This document shows, in pieces, positions 45,597-54,740 of a stretch of DNA of 64,000 nt. The translations under genes and the position numbers were made by a program. This stretch comes from Myxococcales bacterium (GTDB lineage: Bacteria > Myxococcota_A > Polyangia > GCA-2747355): the NCBI GenBank assembly GCA_020431405.1, contig JAGQIK010000352.1, positions 5,316 to 69,315 of the forward strand, written 5' to 3'. Each line of letters begins with the position of its first letter. The first letter of the stretch is position 1. The notes beneath the pieces are model-generated. The model was not told where the DNA came from. It saw nothing but the letters and a program-made list of their open reading frames with translations, and did not search any database.

Positions 45597-46646
45597 GTGC
45601 GCGCGCTCGTCACCGGTGCCAACGGGCACATCGGCTGTCACGTCACCCGCGCCGCCGTCGTGCGCGGCTGGCAGCCGGTGGCGTTCGTGCGCGAGACGTC
45701 GGACCATCGCGGCCTTTCGGATCTCGACGTCGAGGTGCGCACCGGCGACCTGCTCGATCGCGCCAGCCTCGAGCGCGCCATGGAGGGCGTCGAGCTGGTG
45801 CTGCATGTCGGCGCCGCGCACCGCAACTGCGCCGCCGACCGCGACGCGATCCGTCTGCCGGCGGTGGAGGGCACGCGCAACGTGATCGAGGCCGCGCGCG
45901 CGGCGGGCGTGCGCCGCGTTGTCTACACCAGCACCGCGGCAACCGTCGGCTTTGCCGCGAACCCCGACGCACCGCTCGACGAGCACGCACACCTCGACCA
46001 CGCCAAGTCGGCCTACACCGAGGCCAAGATCGCCGCCGAGGCGCTGGCGCAGCAGGCCGCGCGGCGCGGCGACGTCGAGATCGTCACGCTCAATCCGAGC
46101 ACGGTGCTCGGCCCGCGCGACTACCGCATCACGCCCGCGACGCGCGCCATCGTCGGCATCCTGCAGGGCGATCCGCTCTTTCTGCACATCTGCCCGACCC
46201 ACGTCGAGGACGTGGCCGAGGCGCACCTGCTCGCCGCCGAGCACGGCGAGCCCGGCGCGCGCTATCTCGTCACCGGTGACAACATCTCGCCCGCGGCGCT
46301 GTCGGCGCTGCTCGGCGTGCTGACGGGCAAGCGACCCTCGACCATCCGTCCGCCAGCGTTTCTGATCAAGCTGCTGGTGGGGCACGCCGAGCGCAAGGCC
46401 CTGCGCAAGGGCGAAGACAGCGCGGCCTCGCGCGACGCCATCGACGACCTCGCCGGAGGTCATCTCGTCTACGACTCGTCGCGCTCGCGCGAGGAGCTCG
46501 GCGCGACCTTCCGCTCGGCGGAAGCGACGATGCGCGACACCTTGCGCTGGCTGCTGTTCGTGCACGCGCTCAAGCCGCGCGTAGCCAGCCGCGTCGCCGC
46601 GACGCTCGGCACGTCGGCCGATCCCGACAGCAGCTGGATCAACTGA
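45597..46646 (+). CDS. NAD-dependent epimerase/dehydratase (extended SDR) family protein
   Basis: Probable GTG start giving (M)RALVTGANGHIGCHV Rossmann GxxGxxG; YxxxK in SAYTEAK; the N-terminal 230 aa of the 583-aa track ORF are antisense noise. Confidence 0.65.
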   Translation: MRALVTGANGHIGCHVTRAAVVRGWQPVAFVRETSDHRGLSDLDVEVRTGDLLDRASLERAMEGVELVLHVGAAHRNCAADRDAIRLPAVEGTRNVIEAARAAGVRRVVYTSTAATVGFAANPDAPLDEHAHLDHAKSAYTEAKIAAEALAQQAARRGDVEIVTLNPSTVLGPRDYRITPATRAIVGILQGDPLFLHICPTHVEDVAEAHLLAAEHGEPGARYLVTGDNISPAALSALLGVLTGKRPSTIRPPAFLIKLLVGHAERKALRKGEDSAASRDAIDDLAGGHLVYDSSRSREELGATFRSAEATMRDTLRWLLFVHALKPRVASRVAATLGTSADPDSSWIN

Positions 46647-46712
46647 CGACCAGCCTCTTGCTGCGCGGGTCCCAAGCGTCGAGACGAGCGGCGCGGCGCG
46701 GCGGTCCGTGGT

Positions 46713-47426
46713 ATGACCGCCGCCATGAGCAACACCGAGATCGTCTCCTATTCGCAGACCGATGGCATCGCGACGATCGCGATGGACGACGGCAAGGCAA
46801 ACGCGCTCTCCACCGAGATGGTGAAGCAGCTCGAGCAGGCGTTCGACCGCGCCGCCGCCGAGGCCAAGGGCGTGGTCGTCGTTGGCCGCGAAGGCAAGTT
46901 CTGCGCGGGCTTCGACCTGCGCGAGATGATGGCCGGGCCGGACTCGGCGCTGGCGCTGGTCAAGCGCGGCGGCGAGCTGCTGATGCGGATCTACGACTTC
47001 CCGATGCCGGTCGTGATCGCCTGCAGCGGCCACGCGATGGCCGGCGGCGCGCTGCTGGTAGCCACCGGCGACACGCGTCTCGGCGCGCAGGGGGCCTTCA
47101 AGATCGGCCTCAACGAGGTGCAGGTGAGCATGCCGGTGCCGATCCTGGCCCACGAGCTGGCGCGCGATCGGCTGCTGCCCACCGAGCTCTTCGCCTCGGT
47201 GGTGCAGGCCAAGATCTACGATCCGGACGGCGCCGCGCGCGCCGGCTGGCTCGACCGCGTCGTGGCTCCCGAGAAGCTGCTCGACGAGGCCAGGGCGGTC
47301 GCGCGCGAGCTGATGAAGCTGCCGGCGCGCGCCTACGCCATGAGCAAGCACAGCTTGCGGCGCGGCACGATCAAGCACATCCGCGACACGTTGGAGTCCA
47401 ACGTCGCCGAGCTGATGCCCAAGTAG
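46713..47426 (+). CDS. enoyl-CoA hydratase/isomerase (crotonase) family protein
   Basis: FCAGFDLRE oxyanion-hole block, VIACSGHAMAGGALL, about 237 aa. Confidence 0.8.
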   Translation: MTAAMSNTEIVSYSQTDGIATIAMDDGKANALSTEMVKQLEQAFDRAAAEAKGVVVVGREGKFCAGFDLREMMAGPDSALALVKRGGELLMRIYDFPMPVVIACSGHAMAGGALLVATGDTRLGAQGAFKIGLNEVQVSMPVPILAHELARDRLLPTELFASVVQAKIYDPDGAARAGWLDRVVAPEKLLDEARAVARELMKLPARAYAMSKHSLRRGTIKHIRDTLESNVAELMPK

Positions 47427-47439
47427 CGCAGAAAACGAG

Positions 47440-48636
47440 TCAGCGCAGGTCGGGGTGATGCTCGCGCGCCTTGGCGAGCTTGGCGTCGTCGATGTTGCCG
47501 CCGCTGACCACCAGCACGACCTTGCTGGGGCGCGCGAGCCCGGCGAGGTCACTCTGCGCGAGGCGATCGGCCAAGACGCGCTCTAGGCCGGCCAGCGGCA
47601 GCGCGCCGGCGCCTTCCACGCGCTGCCCGCTCAGGCCGAGCTGCAGCACAGCGCGCTCGACCTGCGACTCCGGCACGCTGACGACATAGTCGAGACGCGA
47701 GCGCAGCAGCCTGACCATCTTGTCGTTGGGACGCTTGGTGACCAGCGTGCCGTCGGCGATGGTCGGCGCGAAGGGAAGCTCTCCAAGCTTGGCTCCGGGC
47801 TTGTTGCGCAGCGTCAGCGCCATCGCGCCGTTGTTGTCCGACTGCACGCCGATCAACCGCGGGCGATTCTTCTGCCCGCGAAACCACGACGCGATACCGC
47901 CCATCAGGCCGCCGCCCCCGAGCGCGCCGAGCACCCAGTCGTGCTTGCCGAGCCGCAGCTGCGTGCCGATCTCGCGGCCGATGGTGCCCTGGCCCTCGAT
48001 CACGTCGCGGTCGGCGTAGCCGCTGATGAACGCCATGCCGTGGTCTTTGGCGTAGCGCTTGGCCAGCTCGACCGACTCGCCGTAGTCGGCGCCGGAGATC
48101 TTGACCTCGACGTTCTTGCCGATGCGGCGCGTGCGGTCGGCCTTCATCTTGGACGCGTTCTCGGGCATGAAGATCACCGCCGGCACGCCGCTCTTTTTGG
48201 CAGCGGTGGCCACACCTTGCGAGTGATTGCCCGTGCTCGCGCAGACCACACCGCAGACGCGCTGGTCGTTCGGCAAAGAGCGCACCTTGTTGGTGGCGCC
48301 GCGGATCTTGAACGAGCCGACCTCGGTCTGCGACTCGAGCTTGAGCCACACCTCGACGCCGTACTTCTTGCTCAGCGCTTCACTCTTGAGCAGCGGCGTG
48401 GGCAGGTTGTCGATGTGCGCGGCGATGCGGCGCGCGGCGCGGCGGATCCCGCGGCGCGTGGCGCGAATCTGGCCGCTGCGGAAGCGGCCCCTCTCGTGCC
48501 GGCTGACGTTGTGCTGGCGGACGTTGGGCTGCACCTTGTAGGTGCCGCGACCGCCGGCGCCGAGCGCCGCTGCGGGCGCCGACAGCAGCACCGCGAGCTG
48601 CAGCGCGACCAGCCGACATCGCCACGAACGAACCAT
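47440..48636 (-). CDS. PLP-dependent threonine/serine dehydratase (short TdcB/IlvA-type), N-terminal start uncertain
   Basis: PLP-Lys block EVGSFKIRGATNKV, ASTGNHSQGVA, GGGGLMGGIA, SGGNID match TdcB-like dehydratases; first about 70 aa of the ORF look non-native. Confidence 0.7.
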   Translation of the reverse strand: MVRSWRCRLVALQLAVLLSAPAAALGAGGRGTYKVQPNVRQHNVSRHERGRFRSGQIRATRRGIRRAARRIAAHIDNLPTPLLKSEALSKKYGVEVWLKLESQTEVGSFKIRGATNKVRSLPNDQRVCGVVCASTGNHSQGVATAAKKSGVPAVIFMPENASKMKADRTRRIGKNVEVKISGADYGESVELAKRYAKDHGMAFISGYADRDVIEGQGTIGREIGTQLRLGKHDWVLGALGGGGLMGGIASWFRGQKNRPRLIGVQSDNNGAMALTLRNKPGAKLGELPFAPTIADGTLVTKRPNDKMVRLLRSRLDYVVSVPESQVERAVLQLGLSGQRVEGAGALPLAGLERVLADRLAQSDLAGLARPSKVVLVVSGGNIDDAKLAKAREHHPDLR

Positions 48637-48789
48637 AGGTTCGTTCGATACAAGATTCAGACCAGCACCGCATCGCGAAGCGCCAGGGAAAAACGCGAGC
48701 TTGTGGTGCGAGCGTCCGCGACGCTCACCGACTTTCGGCGGACCATCGGCCGAGGCTCCGATAGGCGGCCATCTTGGTGCACGCCCTCT

Positions 48790-50124
48790 ATGGCCCTATA
48801 TTGCTTCGTCATGGCAACCGATGGCCTCATCGCGCGATGCCAACAATGCGGTGGCAACGTCGAGCTGCGTATCGCCGGCCCACCCATCACCTGCGGTTTC
48901 TGCGCGGCCGCCGGCCCGCTCGACGAGCGCACCACCAGTAGGCTCGAGCAGCTGCGCACCGACCTGGTGCGACACGGCGGCAGCGCGCAGCAACTTGCCG
49001 GCAAACAGCGCCTGCTCGCTAGGCGTCGAGGCAGCACCGCCCTGGTGGTGATGCTCGCGCTGTGGGCCATCGTCGGGGCGGCGCTGTGGTTCACGCCGGC
49101 GCCGCTGCCCGACGGGGTCGGCGTCGGAGCCGCGCTCTTCCACGGCGTCAGGCGACAGCCCGACACCATTGGAAACCCGATCATCATGCGCTGGTGGTTC
49201 GTCTTCGCCTGCGCTTGTGGCTTCAGCGTCAACTTGCTGTTGTGGTCGCTCTACCGGCGCCGAATCGCGCAGGTGGCGAGCACCGTGCTACCGCTGCCGC
49301 CGGCAGGCGATGGTCGCGCGCCGCGCTGTCGCTGCTGCGGCGCCGACCTGGCCGCAGAAGGCTCGGTGCGGCGCTGCGAGTACTGCGAAGCCGACCACAT
49401 CGTGATGGGCCAGCGCTACCAGCAGCATCAGGCCTCGCTCGACCGCGCGCTCGAGCAGCTTCGACGGCAGGTCAGCGCGTCACTGCAGCAGCGCGCCAGC
49501 GGCCTCGAGCGCTTCGGCGCCTTGAGCACCTTCTTGCCGCTATCGCTGGTGCTGTTGATGCCGGCTGCAGTCTTCGCCCCCGGCACGTATCCAGTGCTGT
49601 GGGCTTTTCCAGGGCTGGCGCTGATCGCCTCGCTGGTGATCATCGGCGTCGCAGCGGGCAGCGCCGTGCCAGCGCCGCGCACGTTGAGCGACGTACGTGC
49701 AGGTGACGCGATGATCGTGTCGGGCACGCGCTACGAAGTGCAGGCCACCTTTCGCGTCGCTGGTCAGGGGGAGCTGTCGCTGCTGCGCTCGGCTGACGGC
49801 GCGCTGCTCGGCGTGTGCGTCGAGCTCGACGCCGACGACACGTTCCAGGCGCGCACCTTCGCGGTCTCTGCAGGCGGCGACCCTTACACCGCGGCGCTCG
49901 GCAGCGTCGAGAGGCTGCCGCTCGACGCTGCGCCAAGCGGTTTGTTCGCCGGGCGCGATCAGATCGCGGCGCTAGCCACGATGGGCGCGGGAGGGCAGGT
50001 GCTGATGTCGATTTGTCTCTGGGCGGCACAGCCGGCGGCGGGTCAACCACCGGAGCTGACCCTCGAGCCCGCTTCGCGCGTCGACGAGTCAGGCCTGGTG
50101 CTGATCGCCCGCGAGCGAGCGTGA
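48790..50124 (+). CDS. hypothetical membrane protein with two CxxC pairs
   Basis: In-frame ATG 48790 (MALYCFVMATDGLIARCQQCGG...CGFCAAAG; later CRCCGADL...CEYCEADH); 3-4 TM segments; the 5' 283 codons of the 727-aa track ORF rejected. Confidence 0.45.
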   Translation: MALYCFVMATDGLIARCQQCGGNVELRIAGPPITCGFCAAAGPLDERTTSRLEQLRTDLVRHGGSAQQLAGKQRLLARRRGSTALVVMLALWAIVGAALWFTPAPLPDGVGVGAALFHGVRRQPDTIGNPIIMRWWFVFACACGFSVNLLLWSLYRRRIAQVASTVLPLPPAGDGRAPRCRCCGADLAAEGSVRRCEYCEADHIVMGQRYQQHQASLDRALEQLRRQVSASLQQRASGLERFGALSTFLPLSLVLLMPAAVFAPGTYPVLWAFPGLALIASLVIIGVAAGSAVPAPRTLSDVRAGDAMIVSGTRYEVQATFRVAGQGELSLLRSADGALLGVCVELDADDTFQARTFAVSAGGDPYTAALGSVERLPLDAAPSGLFAGRDQIAALATMGAGGQVLMSICLWAAQPAAGQPPELTLEPASRVDESGLVLIARERA

Positions 50125-50580
50125 GAGGGCGAAAAAGAAGTGGTCGCCTTCGCCGCGCTCGGCGTCGAGGCCGCCGAGCCCGAGACACAGCGAAGGGCCC
50201 AGCGGTGTGACCTCGTCGTAGAGCAGGTGGCGAAACGGCAGGCGCGAAGGTGTGTAGCGCAGCCTGACCACCGTCGAGACGTCGCGCCAGTGTGATGGGC
50301 CAATGTCGGCGACGAAGCGGCCGATGCGAAGGCGGGTGGGCCCGAAAAACCAGGAGCCCGCGTCGAAGTCGATGCCGAACGAGAAGAGCTTGAAGGCGAA
50401 CGCTTCGGACGCGCGCACCGACAGCCTGCGCGCGCCGCGGTTGGTCAGCCGCGCCAGCAAGAAGCCCTCGAAACACCCCGTAGGCAGCGAGATCAGCACG
50501 TTTTTGTGGGCGGCGGCGTAGCAGCGTTCGAGCTGCTCGAGGCTCATCAAGCGCAGATCGTCGAGGGCGGTCGTGTTCAC
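50089..50580 (-). CDS. hypothetical protein
   Basis: GTG start; divergent from tetR; no motif. Confidence 0.4.
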   Translation of the reverse strand: MNTTALDDLRLMSLEQLERCYAAAHKNVLISLPTGCFEGFLLARLTNRGARRLSVRASEAFAFKLFSFGIDFDAGSWFFGPTRLRIGRFVADIGPSHWRDVSTVVRLRYTPSRLPFRHLLYDEVTPLGPSLCLGLGGLDAERGEGDHFFFALSRSLAGDQHQA

Positions 50581-50602
50581 GGGTTGACCTTTTGCCCGGG
50601 TC

Positions 50603-50635
50603 TGTTAAACAGATGTTTAGAACAAGTGTTTAACA
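50603..50635. promoter_or_regulatory. TetR-type operator: perfect inverted repeat TGTTAAACA-N15-TGTTTAACA with third half-site TGTTTAGAACA between
   Basis: Located in 56-bp divergent intergenic region; right half-site ends 1 nt before tetR ATG 50637. Confidence 0.5.
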
Positions 50636-50636
50636 C

Positions 50637-51254
50637 ATGAGAACCGCCACCGCCAGCCCCTCCCCAGACACGTCCGCCGCAGGCGGCGTGCGTGATCAGA
50701 TCCTCGACGCCGCCAGCGCCGAGTTCGCCGAGCGCGGGCTCGGGGGGGCGTCGGTGCGCAAGATCGCGGCGCGCGCCGGCACCACGGCGGCGATGATCAA
50801 CTACTACTTCGGCGGCAAGCAGGCGCTCTACGACGAGGTCGTCGCGCGCGCGCAGTCGGAGCTCTTGATGGCGATTACCCTCGCGCTCGGCGAGCCCGGC
50901 GGCGAGGACGAGCTGGCGCCGCGGCTGGCGGGCGCCTACTTCGACTTCTTGTGCGACGAGCGCGACCTGCCGCGGCTGCTGCTGCGCGAGGTGCTCGATC
51001 GCGGCGAGGCGCTGCAGGGGCTCGCCCAGCGCTACCTCGCGCCGCTGCGCCAGCTGTTCGAGGAGCACTTTGGCGACAGCGACGCCGCGTTCGATGGTGC
51101 CGTGAGCATCTTCGGCGCGGTGGCTGCCTACTTCACCTACGCGCCGCTGCTCGCCACGCTGCGCGACGAAGATCCACTCGGCGCCGAAGCCCTCGCTCGG
51201 CGTCGCGCACACGTGATGGCGCTGGCCGCGTTGGTCGGCGAGCAGCTCGGATGA
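50637..51254 (+). CDS. TetR/AcrR-family transcriptional regulator
   Basis: HTH block ILDAASAEFAERGLGGASVRKIAARAGTTAAMINYYFGGKQALY; stop overlaps radical-SAM start (ATGA). Confidence 0.85.
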   Translation: MRTATASPSPDTSAAGGVRDQILDAASAEFAERGLGGASVRKIAARAGTTAAMINYYFGGKQALYDEVVARAQSELLMAITLALGEPGGEDELAPRLAGAYFDFLCDERDLPRLLLREVLDRGEALQGLAQRYLAPLRQLFEEHFGDSDAAFDGAVSIFGAVAAYFTYAPLLATLRDEDPLGAEALARRRAHVMALAALVGEQLG

Positions 51255-52306
51255 CTGCGATCACGTCGGAGGCCAAGACCATGTCGAGAGCAAACGCCTT
51301 GGAGATTCTGCGACTGGCGCTGCAAGCGCGCTTCGACTTCAAGCATCAGCTCTATCTGATCCACGCGGTCACGGCGCGCTGCAACGCGCGCTGCGGTTTC
51401 TGCGCCTGGAACCCCGAGTTCTACGAGGGGTCCGACGAGCTGACGACCGACGAGATCAAGACGCTCTATGCCGACGCTCGCGAAGCTGGCTTCGTCGCGC
51501 TGTCGCTGTGGGGCGGCGAGCCGCTGCTGCGCCCTGATATCGGAGAGCTGCTCGAATACGCGCACGGGCTTGGCTTCGTGACGCACATCGTGACCAACGG
51601 CGCTTTGCTCGAGCGCAAGCTCGACAGGGTCGTACCGCACCTCGACCGCATCAGCATCTCGCTCGATCACCCGTCGAGCCATCACGACACCCTGCGCGGC
51701 GTCAAAGGCCTCTACGGCAAGATCCTCAGCGCGACGCTGAAGATCCGTGCGCGCTACCCGCGCAAGAAGATCGTCTTCGTCTACACCATCCAGCGCGAAA
51801 ACGCCGATCCGAAAACCCTCGAGGAGATGGCGCAGCTGATGAAGCAGCTCGGCGTCTCGGGTGTCTTCAATGGGCTGCGCCTCGAAGCGGCCACCGACGA
51901 CACGACGATCGACCTCGACAAGTACAACCCCAGCACCGAGGCGCTCGCCGGCGCCTACGCCACGCTGCGCGACCTCAAGCGACGCGGCTATCCGATCGTC
52001 AACTCGTTCACGCACATCGACAAGATGATGGACCTGCCGATGCACTACCGCTGTCATTGGCCCAAGTACATGCTGCCCATCGAGGCCAACGGCGACGTGG
52101 TCGACTGCATGCACTGGGGGCAGCGACCGATCGCGAACCTGCGCAGCACGCCGCTGGCGCGCGTGCTCGAGCATCCGCGTCTGCGCGCGCTCGCTGGCGA
52201 CGCCGGCGAGGCCTGCCACAAGTGTCTCTCCGTACACCGCGTCGAGATCTCGGAGATCTGCCAGGGCAACTTCGAGCCGCTCGCTTCCTGGGCGCAGGTG
52301 CGCTAG
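51251..52306 (+). CDS. radical SAM protein with C-terminal auxiliary Cys cluster (possible SPASM/twitch-like)
   Basis: CNARCGFC (CxxxCxxC) cluster, GGEPLL, TNGALL blocks; C-terminal C..C(H)..C..C cysteines (CHWPKY...CMHWG...CHKCLSVH...CQG); 100 upstream codons of track ORF rejected. Confidence 0.75.
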   Translation: MTAITSEAKTMSRANALEILRLALQARFDFKHQLYLIHAVTARCNARCGFCAWNPEFYEGSDELTTDEIKTLYADAREAGFVALSLWGGEPLLRPDIGELLEYAHGLGFVTHIVTNGALLERKLDRVVPHLDRISISLDHPSSHHDTLRGVKGLYGKILSATLKIRARYPRKKIVFVYTIQRENADPKTLEEMAQLMKQLGVSGVFNGLRLEAATDDTTIDLDKYNPSTEALAGAYATLRDLKRRGYPIVNSFTHIDKMMDLPMHYRCHWPKYMLPIEANGDVVDCMHWGQRPIANLRSTPLARVLEHPRLRALAGDAGEACHKCLSVHRVEISEICQGNFEPLASWAQVR

Positions 52307-52474
52307 TCGATGCGTCAGGCGTTGCGCGGCCGCAACGGCGCGCGTCTCGAGCGCGTCACGCCCGATGTGCGACACCAGACCCCAGCGAATGACAGATTCC
52401 TGTGACCCACGCAGGCTAGAATGCCGAGATCTCGTGTTCGAGCCGTTGGTGCGGTGTTTGCTCTCGACGCGGAC

Positions 52475-53149
52475 ATGACCCACCGAATCGCTTCTCTGAT
52501 CTTGATGGCGGCGCTCCTCGGCGCCTGCGACACGCGAACGACGCCAAGCGCCAGCGACTCGACGAGCTCGGGCGACGGCGCGAGCAACGTCGACACGGCG
52601 CCCGGCATCGACGGCGGCAGCGCGCCCGATCTCGCGCCAGGGCCCGACCATGGATTGGTGGGGCTCTCCTGCGTGGTCGCCACGCGCACCGACGTGTGCT
52701 GTCCGGTGCCGCGCGCCGCTGCCATGCAGGACCTCGCCGTCGATCCGTGCCTGGTGCCCTATCCGGCCAAGTCGGGCGACGTCACCGCCGCCTGTCAGGC
52801 CAAACGCCCCGACTGCTCGCTGGTCGACTGCGCGCCCGCCGACGCGCCGTCGCGCGTGGCCAAGCCCGTCAACGGCAGCTGCGCCTTCGTCGACGAGTGC
52901 GCGACAGCGGCGGACTGCGCCGTGGCGCTCGACTTCGATCGCACCTGCTGCGTCTGCCCACAGGCGGTGCCGCGCGCGTTGTTGGCCCAGAAGCGCTGCC
53001 TGCAGGAGATCATCGGCAGCCAGTGGCCCAGCGCGCCGAGCGGCTGCGAGCAGCTCCCCTGCGGCGCCGCCTGCAAGTGCGCGCCGCCGCCGACCCTTCG
53101 CTGCGAGACCGACGGCGACGCGCTCGCACGCTGCGCCGCTGCGCCGTAG
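52475..53149 (+). CDS. Cys-rich lipoprotein
   Basis: MTHRIASLILMAALLGACD lipobox; 20+ Cys including CCPVP, CCVCPQ, CKCAPPPTLRCE. Confidence 0.55.
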   Translation: MTHRIASLILMAALLGACDTRTTPSASDSTSSGDGASNVDTAPGIDGGSAPDLAPGPDHGLVGLSCVVATRTDVCCPVPRAAAMQDLAVDPCLVPYPAKSGDVTAACQAKRPDCSLVDCAPADAPSRVAKPVNGSCAFVDECATAADCAVALDFDRTCCVCPQAVPRALLAQKRCLQEIIGSQWPSAPSGCEQLPCGAACKCAPPPTLRCETDGDALARCAAAP

Positions 53150-53201
53150 GTCTGCGCAGCCGAGGCAGCGACGTGTCCGCGCGCTGGTGTAAGGTAGCTG
53201 C

Positions 53202-54689
53202 ATGGGGGCAGCGCGCGGGGGCAGGCGTTGGCTGTGGGCCGTCGTCCTGATCGCATCGGCGATGGCAGCCGTGGTGGTGGTGTGGCTGCTGCGGCCAGCC
53301 AAGCTGAGCGGCCTGGTGCGAGCGCGCGCTTCGCACGCGCGCTCGAGCGTCGCGCGCATCGAGCGTGCCCTTGCCCACGACCGCACGCGAGTGCAGGGCG
53401 TGGCCAAGCATCGCTTCCTGGCCGCCGAGCCCGAGCTTGCCGAGGCTCGCGCGCTGCTCGACAAGCAGACCGCCGCGGCGACGCGCGCTCGCTCGCTCGG
53501 CGCGAGCATCGGCCGGCTGCTCGAGCGTGATCGCGCCGAAGACGGGCCCGAGATCGATATCGCCGCCAATCAGATCCGCGCCATCGCTGCTGGCGGCATC
53601 GGCCGCGCGCAGCGCATCAACGCGCTGGTGGTGCGGTTGTCGCAGCTGCTGCGCTACCGCGATCAGGCGCCCGCGCTGCGCAAGCAGGCCAGCGACGACG
53701 CCGCGGCCATCGCCGCGCAGCCGCCGCCCGCGCTGCTCGCGGCTGTGGGTGCGGTAAGGAAGAGGAACGCCGCCGCCGGCGAGCATCTCGAGGCGCGCTT
53801 TGCTGGCGCCGCCAAGGAGCACGCGCGGGCCAAGGCCATCGCCGCGCGCGTCGAGGCGGCGTGGGCAAAAAAGCCGGTGGCCTATGTCGCCGCAGGGCGC
53901 GCCGCCGACGCACTACACGCGCTGCGCCAGCAAGTCGACCAGCGCGCGGCGCGCGCGCGGCAGTCCATCGCCGACCTCGACCACGACGTCGATCGCATCC
54001 TCGTCGACATGCGTCCCAAGAGGCACTGCGACGGCAGCGTTTGTTCGAGCCATCAGCACAAGGTCACGGTGGTGCGAGACGGTCGCGTGGTGTCCTCGAG
54101 CTGGGTTGGCATCGAAGCGACGACGTATGACGCGCATCGGAGCTCGCTCGGGCTGGTGCTGTCGAGCAAGCCGCGCGGATACGTCGACGAGCAGGCCAAC
54201 CACGTGCCGCACCCGCCGGGCTACAACTACGTCGGCCGTACGGGCTACGGCGTGTGGCACGTGGCCAGCGCCGACCCTGTCGAGCGACCGACCAAGCCGC
54301 CCGAGCCGAAGAAGATGCCGGCCATCGCCGCCAAGCAGCGAGGCCCGACGACCGTCGCGGCGACCTGGATCTTCGCGCGCGGACGATCCTTCGAGCAGTT
54401 CTGCGGACCGAAGCGCGTTCGACAGGACGACTACCAGGCCTATCACGACGCCATCTACGAGAAGAAGCCGTACTTCGGCAACGGGCAGCGCAAGCGCTAC
54501 GGCACGGGCGGGTGGATCACGATGCCGTGCTTCAACAAGAGCGAGTACGCCGTGTTTCTCGCAGCGGTGGCTGCGCGCCGAGCCGCCGCGGCCGCGGCCG
54601 CCGCGCGCCGATATCGCGGCTATCGCCGCACGGGCCGCCGCCGCTCGGGATTCGGCTACCGCCGCAGCTACGGCGGTTACGGCAAGTAG
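53202..54689 (+). CDS. membrane-anchored hypothetical protein with Gly/Arg/Tyr-rich C-terminus
   Basis: AAGGTAG RBS; N-terminal TM WLWAVVLIASAMAAVVVVWLL; coiled-coil-like middle; tail RRYRGYRRTGRRRSGFGYRRSYGGYGK. Confidence 0.5.
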   Translation: MGAARGGRRWLWAVVLIASAMAAVVVVWLLRPAKLSGLVRARASHARSSVARIERALAHDRTRVQGVAKHRFLAAEPELAEARALLDKQTAAATRARSLGASIGRLLERDRAEDGPEIDIAANQIRAIAAGGIGRAQRINALVVRLSQLLRYRDQAPALRKQASDDAAAIAAQPPPALLAAVGAVRKRNAAAGEHLEARFAGAAKEHARAKAIAARVEAAWAKKPVAYVAAGRAADALHALRQQVDQRAARARQSIADLDHDVDRILVDMRPKRHCDGSVCSSHQHKVTVVRDGRVVSSSWVGIEATTYDAHRSSLGLVLSSKPRGYVDEQANHVPHPPGYNYVGRTGYGVWHVASADPVERPTKPPEPKKMPAIAAKQRGPTTVAATWIFARGRSFEQFCGPKRVRQDDYQAYHDAIYEKKPYFGNGQRKRYGTGGWITMPCFNKSEYAVFLAAVAARRAAAAAAAARRYRGYRRTGRRRSGFGYRRSYGGYGK

Positions 54690-54740
54690 CGCGAGTGGCG
54701 CCGGCGTCGAGCACGGCGCCGCGAGATCGCGCCGCGAATC

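Noticed and set aside
44895-47552. 583-aa plus-strand ORF N-terminus and 871-aa minus-strand ORF
   Set aside because: Only the C-terminal 350 aa of the plus-strand ORF (NAD epimerase, from about 45597) is coding. The rest is antisense to the coiled-coil gene. The 871-aa ORF is antisense to three real genes.
51137-53569. 810-aa minus-strand ORF
   Set aside because: Antisense to tetR, radical SAM and Cys-rich lipoprotein genes.
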